From NCBI GenBank assembly GCA_051532035.1, contig JAOPTW010000022.1:1-39175 (forward strand): 39,175 bases of DNA, read 5' to 3'. Of this stretch, positions 9,515 to 16,995 are shown piece after piece (positions within the stretch are counted from its first letter, which is position 1; each line of letters begins with the position of its first letter). A program made the translations under genes and the position numbers. The stretch comes from Fibrobacterales bacterium. GTDB taxonomy: Bacteria; Fibrobacterota; Fibrobacteria; Fibrobacterales; JAOPTW01. The notes under the pieces were generated by a model. The model made no database searches, had not been told where the DNA came from, and was given only the letters and a program-made list of their open reading frames with translations.

Positions 9515-11542
9515 ATGAAAACAAGATTAACACTGCTTTGTATTGCAAGTCTCGCGATTCCTACATTCGCTGAGACAATTGCAACTACACCATCGCCAAC
9601 AGAGGCTCCTGTAGCAGATACCTCAACTGCTTCAACGGATGATCCTTTTGACTCATACTCTTCAACCACATCAACAGAATTAAACTATTCAGATATTTCA
9701 ACTGAATCAACTGATTTAGTAACTGAATCAGAACCAGTCGTTTCTGAAGAGCCATCTACTACTGCCCCTCTATACACAGACAAAGTACCAAGTATATTTG
9801 GAAAATCTATCTCAGCAGGTGTTACCGTTGAAAATAGATTTGGGTATAACAACCATCAATCCGGTGAAGATAATAATTCAGATGGTAATTTTGTTACTAA
9901 TTCAGAAGAACAAGTGATATATGAAATTCTAGATATCAGAGTTCTGCCTTGGGTAACATTTTCTTATAATAAACACATCTCATTTCACTACCAAGGGTCT
10001 ACACCACGCCTTGAATGGGGTAATAAAGGTGCTAAGAAAGGAACTTCAGATATCCGCTTTAATAATGAAGCTCGTGAAAGTACCCTCCGAAATAAAAGGT
10101 ATTATACCGACATAGCATTTAGCCACACTGATGTCGGTATATTTAATAGACAATTATTCCGTATTGGTGGTCAAGAGTTTAAAGACCCCCATTCAATAAT
10201 TTTTAAAAGAGATATTGTCGGTGTTTCATACAATGGACTTTTCGTGGACAAAATGCTTGAATTCAATGCTGGTTATTTTATCCTAGAACACAAGAACGAG
10301 CTGTTAATGATAGATTCTGAGAACAAATATCAGTCTACTGACGATACAGATGGAGATGTACTCTATACCGCTGACATATCTGCTCACCTGATGGACTCTT
10401 CAATTACTGCAGGATTATTAGTCATAGGACGAGATCAAGAAGAAGCGCAAACAACCGGAGACTCGAGAACAATTTTTACGTTACAAAGATGGATCTCACC
10501 TCACGTCTCTGCCAAAATTAAGCTTCCTATTGGTTCTCTAAGCCTTGATGCACAGTTTGTTTATTTTTTCGACAAAGAGTACACCACTCTCTATACATTT
10601 GAGCCTTCAGATCAAGCCCTGAGTGATAACGCCAAGAAAACTATAAATTCAGGCACCGCACTTAGTGCAGTGGTAGAATATCAACTATCAAAATTCACTT
10701 TTGGTACTGCATATCTCTACACTTCTGGTGATCAAGAAACCAAATATAGCGGAGAAGGGAGTTATACAGAAGATGAATACGTCTACTCTAAATACCAAAC
10801 AACTGAAAAATCATACTACTCAGCCAAATGGGATAGTTACTACAATAAAAATAAGTTACAGTTTTTAACTGAAGGTGGCTTCATTGACAATTCCGCATGG
10901 AATCTTATTGATGGGTCAGAGCAAAATGGTGTTGCACTCGATCGTGATACACGCCAAGATGCTGACGAAATAGGTGGTGTATCAGTTGCTTCAGTATGGG
11001 CATTCTACCAGGTTAATGAAAATATAAAACTGGGAGCCGTATTTGGTATGGCACAACTCAACGCTGGACGTAAAGTAGTTGTAATTGATGGAGAGTACCA
11101 ACTCTATGTAGACAAAGATGGAGAGAAATATTGGTATGATTCAAATAAAGATGATAATTCAAAAAATGGTGAAATCTTTGAATTTGATAAACAAGGAGAA
11201 GACCCTCTCACTGACAGTGAAATCATTCAGGGAAATGGAGCTCCGGTAGGGCCGAAGGATGAAAATAGGCAAGATAGGAATGGGAATGATGAGGCCCATG
11301 ATGAACAAATAATAGGTAGTGAGTGGAGTTATGGTGTAGAGGAAGCAACAGAAGCAATCTCTGATTTAGGAATGGAGTTTAATGTACAAGCTGAAATCAG
11401 ACTCTTTGACGCCCTAACACTTAATCCATATTTTGCCATGCTCATGCCAGGAGATGTGATTATTGAAAAGAGCAAAAGAACTGACGAGTACCATAAGTCT
11501 AACCTCATTAAAACAGGTATGACTGCTATTTTTGAGTTTTAA
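9515..11542 (+). CDS. Outer-membrane beta-barrel protein (porin/alginate-export-like)
   Basis: Start revised to ATG 9515 (AGGAG RBS). Sec signal, S/T/E-rich N-terminal spacer, amphipathic beta-strands (RIGGQEF, FNAGYF, FGTAYLYTSGD, LGMEFNVQAEI, LNPYFAMLMPGD) and C-terminal Phe (TAIFEF). Confidence 0.65.
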   Translation: MKTRLTLLCIASLAIPTFAETIATTPSPTEAPVADTSTASTDDPFDSYSSTTSTELNYSDISTESTDLVTESEPVVSEEPSTTAPLYTDKVPSIFGKSISAGVTVENRFGYNNHQSGEDNNSDGNFVTNSEEQVIYEILDIRVLPWVTFSYNKHISFHYQGSTPRLEWGNKGAKKGTSDIRFNNEARESTLRNKRYYTDIAFSHTDVGIFNRQLFRIGGQEFKDPHSIIFKRDIVGVSYNGLFVDKMLEFNAGYFILEHKNELLMIDSENKYQSTDDTDGDVLYTADISAHLMDSSITAGLLVIGRDQEEAQTTGDSRTIFTLQRWISPHVSAKIKLPIGSLSLDAQFVYFFDKEYTTLYTFEPSDQALSDNAKKTINSGTALSAVVEYQLSKFTFGTAYLYTSGDQETKYSGEGSYTEDEYVYSKYQTTEKSYYSAKWDSYYNKNKLQFLTEGGFIDNSAWNLIDGSEQNGVALDRDTRQDADEIGGVSVASVWAFYQVNENIKLGAVFGMAQLNAGRKVVVIDGEYQLYVDKDGEKYWYDSNKDDNSKNGEIFEFDKQGEDPLTDSEIIQGNGAPVGPKDENRQDRNGNDEAHDEQIIGSEWSYGVEEATEAISDLGMEFNVQAEIRLFDALTLNPYFAMLMPGDVIIEKSKRTDEYHKSNLIKTGMTAIFEF

Positions 11543-11570
11543 TCAAACTTAAAACACATAATTATTTTTC

Positions 11571-11601
11571 AGAAATAGCGCTACCTCATAGCGCTATTTC
11601 T
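11571..11601 (+). terminator. Stem-loop/terminator after the beta-barrel gene
   Basis: 13-bp perfect stem AGAAATAGCGCTA-cctca-TAGCGCTATTTCT. Confidence 0.7.
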
Positions 11602-11669
11602 ATATCATTTATTGAATAAACCATATAATTGAGTATATTAGTGAAAGTTCACCGAGAATAGACTGATTT

Positions 11670-12527
11670 ATGCTTGATACATTACAAAAATATTTTTCGG
11701 TTGAAAAGAAAAGTGACAGCTACTCTTACATTTCACTTTCTCCCTCTCAAGAAAACAGCGTAGCTGAGTGCGGAATACGTTTTTTTAGTTCAGCTCAAGA
11801 CTGTGAAATCACCAATAGAGGCACAATACAACCTATATCACATTCTTTCTACCTTATGGTTCATGTCATAAAAGGTAGTGGATGGTTCTGGACGGTCGAT
11901 AATGGTCGATCACCTGTAAAAGAGTCCAACCTTTTGATAGTCTCCCCTGATTCAGTATATGACTTTGGCGCATCCACTGAGGGCGCTCTTGTTGACTTTA
12001 TTACCCTTGATGGGGTTCTCCCCAATTCACTTCTCGACAGTAAGGTATTAAAAGAAGGTATTTGGGAGTTCGGATCAACACGAAAACTCATATCAATACT
12101 TGAACTTATTGCATTAGGAGATAAAGAGAGTCATTTTAAAGCCGCATCTCAATTTATGAGTCTCGTAACAGATACGCATTTTGAAAACAAATACTTAGTT
12201 CCCCAAAAAGGTGAATCAAAAATCCAACACTTGACTCAACTTATTCAAAAAAGCCCAGAAAAACAGTGGGACTGTCAAGAAATGGCTAAATACTGCAATT
12301 TGAGTGAAGTCCAGCTACGGCGGGTATTTAAAAAAGAGATTGGTCATTCCCCAAAAGTTTATGTTGATTCCGTCAAAATGAACCATGCAGCGCAATTACT
12401 CAAAAAGGATTTTAGCGTTGGCATTGTATCTGATTTACTTGGATACTCTGACCAATTTCATTTTAGTCGCCGGTTTAAATCCATTCTAGGTGCTTCGCCA
12501 CGAGAATATTTGCAGCAGAATCGTTGA
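11670..12527 (+). CDS. AraC-family transcriptional regulator
   Basis: N-terminal cupin-like segment (HVIKGSGWF) and C-terminal double HTH (MAKYCNLSEVQLRRVFKKEIGHSP...LGYSDQFHFSRRFKSILGASPREY). Confidence 0.92.
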   Translation: MLDTLQKYFSVEKKSDSYSYISLSPSQENSVAECGIRFFSSAQDCEITNRGTIQPISHSFYLMVHVIKGSGWFWTVDNGRSPVKESNLLIVSPDSVYDFGASTEGALVDFITLDGVLPNSLLDSKVLKEGIWEFGSTRKLISILELIALGDKESHFKAASQFMSLVTDTHFENKYLVPQKGESKIQHLTQLIQKSPEKQWDCQEMAKYCNLSEVQLRRVFKKEIGHSPKVYVDSVKMNHAAQLLKKDFSVGIVSDLLGYSDQFHFSRRFKSILGASPREYLQQNR

Positions 12528-12653
12528 TACCTTATCTTTAGAGAGAAACTACCGCAGTCCCAAAGTAGTATGCACATTTGAGAAGGTTCTTAGCTCACGC
12601 ATGGTACTTTACGGTGTGATTTATTTAGAAACTTGAGCAGACACACTTCATTT

Positions 12654-12671
12654 ATGTGATATACATCACAT
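12654..12671. promoter_or_regulatory. CRP-type operator TGTGA-N6-TCACA
   Basis: ATGTGATATACATCACAT matches the CRP consensus perfectly, about 100 bp upstream of the FISUMP gene. Confidence 0.65.
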
Positions 12672-12773
12672 CTAACCACTCTTATGTAAACTTTACCTAG
12701 CATAGCTATCTCATAACCAAAATTTAATTTAGATTTGGTTTGATCTGAATGAATATTCTACTAAGGGGCCCCA

Positions 12774-15332
12774 ATGGGAAAAGTTATTGTATCTCTTTTT
12801 TTAATCGGAATCACTACAATGTTTACCAGCTGTTTAAATGGGGTTAGTAACGCCGATACTGATACTAGCGCCAGTTCTTCTACTTTATCCAATGAAACAG
12901 TTACTATTGAAATGGAAATCGTCCTCACTGCCCTTCCAATTCCTGCAGATGAAATTGAAGTATCCATAACCTCTACTAATGTGCCTTCAAACCCCGATAT
13001 AGAATTTTTTACAATACCATCTCGATCTGATGACACCTACATATCTGAGTTTTCTATACCTTACAATGAAGAAGTTACTATCACTTATACGATTTTTAAT
13101 GAGTCAAAAGTTGTAGCTCGTAACATTGAAGTTATTAAATCCACTACTGATTCTTCATTTACCACTTATCCTGATAATGCTCCACAAAATTTTTCGATTG
13201 GAGAAAATGCAACGATTTATATTGGTGAAAAATTTATAGCACACCCAACATGTGAAGACAATTCTGATCGGTTAATTTATTTATTTGATCTAAATAACAA
13301 TGGAACCTTTGGCTCAAGCACAAAAAGATACTTCAGCGAAGAAGGAGATTTTCTTGTCATTGGCTCAGCATTTGATGGCTTATCAACGGTATATGATACA
13401 ATCACTGTTACGGTACTTACTTATTCTGAAGATAAGAACCTCTCATCTGAAAGTGACGATCTATCAACAAACACCAGTTCTTATTCTAAAGAAAGTTCTA
13501 ATAAAGAAATTCTCTCTTCAGAAAATGAAAGTAGTAACGTTGTATACTCTCGTGCCGATGAAACTTCTAGTGTCGAAGACAACCTGTCATCTGAGTCACC
13601 TGAACCTAAAATATTTACCATCACTTACATACAAACCACGGGAGGGACTGTTGCGGGTACAGAATCAATTGCTCAGGAAAGTTCAATACCCATGACCCAA
13701 AAATCTAACCCAGGATATTCCTTTGAAAAGTTTACTATTACTCAAGGTAATGGCGAGATCAATAATAAAACATTGCAATTTGTTACTTCAGACATAACTA
13801 TTTCTGGGACTTTCTCCCCTATCACATGGGATATAGAAATCGAAACAACAGGGAGCTGCGGAACCGTTCAAAATGAAGATTCGTATACCTATATTTTTGA
13901 TGGTTCAAACACAACTATTAAAACTAATTTAGATACCTATTGCAATGCTATTTTCACATCTGAACACCTTTCTCTAACCCAAAATACCATTACGGGAGTT
14001 ACAGCAGAAGCACTAGAGCTCAGTTCTCCTCTTAAGGTCTCAATATCCTTTACTGAAGAGACCATTCCTTCATCAGATATAACTGTGGACTGTTATCTTG
14101 ACAATGTATTACAAGAGAGTTGTAATGGCGAATACGGCTCTGTAACACCCAACAATTTTACCCTTTATGAGCACTCTAATTCAAAAAACCTTACAACAAA
14201 ATTTAATTCTGGGTTCACACTTGATGAACTCATTGATGATTCTAATGTATTACTGACTCAGAAATCTGTTTCATATATCAAGGCAGACATTCCAGGCAAA
14301 GTGAAAGCTAATTTCACAAGAAAGCGATACAGTATAACATTGTCTTCTTCAGGAAACGGTTCAGCCAATGCATCTACTACTTTATCCGGCCCGCATAACG
14401 TTGAACAGAAAACATCTATAGCCGTTTCTCCTTACCAAGGATATTCTTTTAGTCACTGGAGTGGAACAGGGTGCATCTTAAAAGCCAGTCATATCAATAA
14501 TCCATCAGAAATTATCTATACCTGTACACAGGATGGTATTATCACAGCACATTTCAAAAAAATTGCCGTGACAGGAATAGACTTTGACATTGAATCTATG
14601 GACCTCAGCGTAGATGGACCTACTAAAAAAATAACACCAATAGTAAAACCCAGTCACGCCTTTGATAAGTCTATAACTTGGTCAACCTCTTGGTCAAGTA
14701 TTGCTACTGTGTCGAATGGCCTCGTTTCAGGAAAAAAACTTGGTACTGTTACTATTTCTGCTACTACAAATGATGGAAATTTCAAAAAATCACTTGTTGT
14801 TAATGTAAATAGCTTTAAAGACTCCCGAGATGGAACTGAATATAAAACTACTCTCATAGGCGACCAACGGTGGTTTGCAGAAAATTTGCGTTATGATACT
14901 ACAAGTTCGATGTGCTACAACCAAGAAACTTGTGATAAATATGGTAGATATTACAATGTCGAATCTGAAGCTAGCAAACTTGAATTTTGCCCAGTAGGGT
15001 GGCATACTTCGACTATTTCTGATTGGTCAAAACTAAGGTCTATTATTGATGATGGAGATGATTTAAAAGCTGAAACACTATGGGCCAATTCAGGTCATGG
15101 AAATGATAAGTTCTCATTTAACGCTTTACCTGGTGGATCAATATCAGCTGGTAAAGCTGTAAATTATAATGGAGAATTTCTCTCGGGGCTATGGCTAACA
15201 ACCAGTAACAATAGTGCTGGTGATAGATATTATTTACAACTTTCTCATGATTCAAATTTATTATCAACAAACGTTCATGAAGCTGTATGGTTTGGCACTA
15301 CTATGATGTCCATTCGCTGTGTAATGGATTAA
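12774..15332 (+). CDS. Multidomain surface lipoprotein with Ig-like repeats, Big_2 domain and C-terminal FISUMP (Fibrobacter succinogenes major paralogous) domain
   Basis: Lipobox FTS-C; Ser-rich linker; PGYSFEKF and GYSFSHWSG repeat-domain motifs; Big_2 (VTGIDF...ITWSTS...IATVSNGLV...GTVTISATT); FISUMP (FKDSRDG.EYKT..IGDQRWFAENL, YGRYY, CPVGWH, FNALPGG, SIRC). Confidence 0.85.
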   Translation: MGKVIVSLFLIGITTMFTSCLNGVSNADTDTSASSSTLSNETVTIEMEIVLTALPIPADEIEVSITSTNVPSNPDIEFFTIPSRSDDTYISEFSIPYNEEVTITYTIFNESKVVARNIEVIKSTTDSSFTTYPDNAPQNFSIGENATIYIGEKFIAHPTCEDNSDRLIYLFDLNNNGTFGSSTKRYFSEEGDFLVIGSAFDGLSTVYDTITVTVLTYSEDKNLSSESDDLSTNTSSYSKESSNKEILSSENESSNVVYSRADETSSVEDNLSSESPEPKIFTITYIQTTGGTVAGTESIAQESSIPMTQKSNPGYSFEKFTITQGNGEINNKTLQFVTSDITISGTFSPITWDIEIETTGSCGTVQNEDSYTYIFDGSNTTIKTNLDTYCNAIFTSEHLSLTQNTITGVTAEALELSSPLKVSISFTEETIPSSDITVDCYLDNVLQESCNGEYGSVTPNNFTLYEHSNSKNLTTKFNSGFTLDELIDDSNVLLTQKSVSYIKADIPGKVKANFTRKRYSITLSSSGNGSANASTTLSGPHNVEQKTSIAVSPYQGYSFSHWSGTGCILKASHINNPSEIIYTCTQDGIITAHFKKIAVTGIDFDIESMDLSVDGPTKKITPIVKPSHAFDKSITWSTSWSSIATVSNGLVSGKKLGTVTISATTNDGNFKKSLVVNVNSFKDSRDGTEYKTTLIGDQRWFAENLRYDTTSSMCYNQETCDKYGRYYNVESEASKLEFCPVGWHTSTISDWSKLRSIIDDGDDLKAETLWANSGHGNDKFSFNALPGGSISAGKAVNYNGEFLSGLWLTTSNNSAGDRYYLQLSHDSNLLSTNVHEAVWFGTTMMSIRCVMD

Positions 15333-16088
15333 TATCATTATAATCACTACAAGGTTTTAGAAGACATCTTTTTGATTACTTTTGTTATTTAAATATGAGC
15401 TTATACAAACAATGTTAATCGACGCTCAGCTATTATCCCCCCCCCCTCCAAAGGGGGACCTCATGAATAATACCAAAGGGAATACCGAACTACTGGCACT
15501 TTCAATTTTTTAAATGAACAACTCCCCTATAATCCCTCCTTTTTCTATATTAACACCGTAGCTACTCATTGATAAATCTTGATAGATCAACAAATAACCG
15601 TGATTTCAATATCCTAGTATCAAAGAAAGAATCAGCGAGTAGAAGGGTAATGTAAACAGGTATTAACGAGAAAATCATACAATACCAAATACTCTATCTC
15701 AAAGTCGAAACCATACTCCATTCAATACTACATACTGCATCTGCTAATCACAACAACTCCATCAGTTAGTGCGAACCCATACATCACACTATTTTCACCA
15801 TCCCCATACCATAAAACAACTAAAAAACACTCCAACAGTACTCCAAAAATGACTTTTAATGGTAGATTAAGGAAAGAACTCTGTCATAATAGGCTTAGTG
15901 TGTGCATATTATACACATTTTACAGGTAACTGATGACCTTTGAAGGGTGCCACACAACAAATAATAGCCTTCTTTGCACTATTTAGAGGCTCACCAGAGC
16001 AAAGTATAGCATATTAGAGGGTATGTATAGCCTCACAGTACTCATAGTTTTAACAACACTTTAGAGGTTCCAGAGGAGAAAATGACCG

Positions 16089-16793
16089 ATGCCAAAGAAA
16101 AAAGTAAACCGATCACCATCCGTCATGCCTATCCCGAGATACGTTCAAGAGGCTGAGGAACTACAGCATGCTGCCGATACATATTTAAAGCCAATTGCAC
16201 CTCAAGGATTAAACCCTGAGCTCTATGAGCAACTGCGTCAACTCACCGAAGAGTTACAGGAAAAAGAGGAGGAACTCCGACTCAGAACTCTAAAACTCTC
16301 CAAAGAAGAAGAGGAGTGGAAGGAACTCTCTCCTAAGGCTTTTGAATTTAGGGACTGGTTGTTGAAAACAGTAAAGTTCGTGTACCGCAATGATAGGGAT
16401 GGTAAAAAGATTTTAATGAGACTGCGAAAGAAAAAGGATGTTAAAACAATGGTAAGTGATCTGCAAGCTTTATCAGGTATACCAAAACACTTTGATGACC
16501 GTTATAAAAACTATGGTATTGAAGATAGTGACTTTAAAAAAGCATGGGATATAGGAAATCGTACAAATGTACTTTTCAGCGATGCAACGATCGCTCGAAA
16601 AAATATTACATTGTTTACTGACAATCGTAACAATGCCTATTTAGCCCTTGCTCCCATCGTAAAAGAAGTACGTGCTTGGGGCCAACAAATATACCCACCT
16701 GGAACTGAAGAATACATCCACTTTACGAGTGAATTTTATCGAGAACGGAACGCCAAGGCTAAAGAACGGCAGAGTACAACAGATACTCAATAA
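16089..16793 (+). CDS. Hypothetical all-helical protein
   Basis: 234-aa ORF with GAGGAG RBS; charged amphipathic helices; no signal peptide or catalytic motif recognised. Confidence 0.7.
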   Translation: MPKKKVNRSPSVMPIPRYVQEAEELQHAADTYLKPIAPQGLNPELYEQLRQLTEELQEKEEELRLRTLKLSKEEEEWKELSPKAFEFRDWLLKTVKFVYRNDRDGKKILMRLRKKKDVKTMVSDLQALSGIPKHFDDRYKNYGIEDSDFKKAWDIGNRTNVLFSDATIARKNITLFTDNRNNAYLALAPIVKEVRAWGQQIYPPGTEEYIHFTSEFYRERNAKAKERQSTTDTQ

Positions 16794-16995
16794 GGTTCAT
16801 ATCTTACACTGGTTAATCCACTATAGCCAACGATTCGGCTTAGATCTACATTCCTTAATTATACATACCAAACCTCCCATCCCCCCATGATCATAATCGG
16901 CATGTTTTTGATTACTTTCGTCATTTGAATATACCGTTTTACGACTATCTTTATTAGACACACGACAATTTTATAAAACCACAAAAGGAGCCCTC

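Noticed and set aside
9433..9669. 78-aa minus-strand ORF and the 9440 start of the barrel gene
   Set aside because: Shadow ORF; the true start at 9515 has AGGAG and a signal peptide.
15568..15590. FNR box (TTGATAGATCAA)
   Set aside because: Spacer is 2 nt rather than the 4 nt required by TTGAT-N4-ATCAA.
14800..16088. Diversity-generating retroelement targeting the FISUMP C-terminus
   Set aside because: No reverse transcriptase and no template-repeat copy of the gene's 3' end seen in the window.
16082..16156. Alternative out-of-frame ORF from ATG 16082
   Set aside because: Only 3 nt from the SD and 24 codons long; ATG 16089 is better spaced.
16672..16890. 72-aa ORF overlapping the orphan gene's end
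   Set aside because: Out-of-frame overlap, non-ATG start, no RBS.
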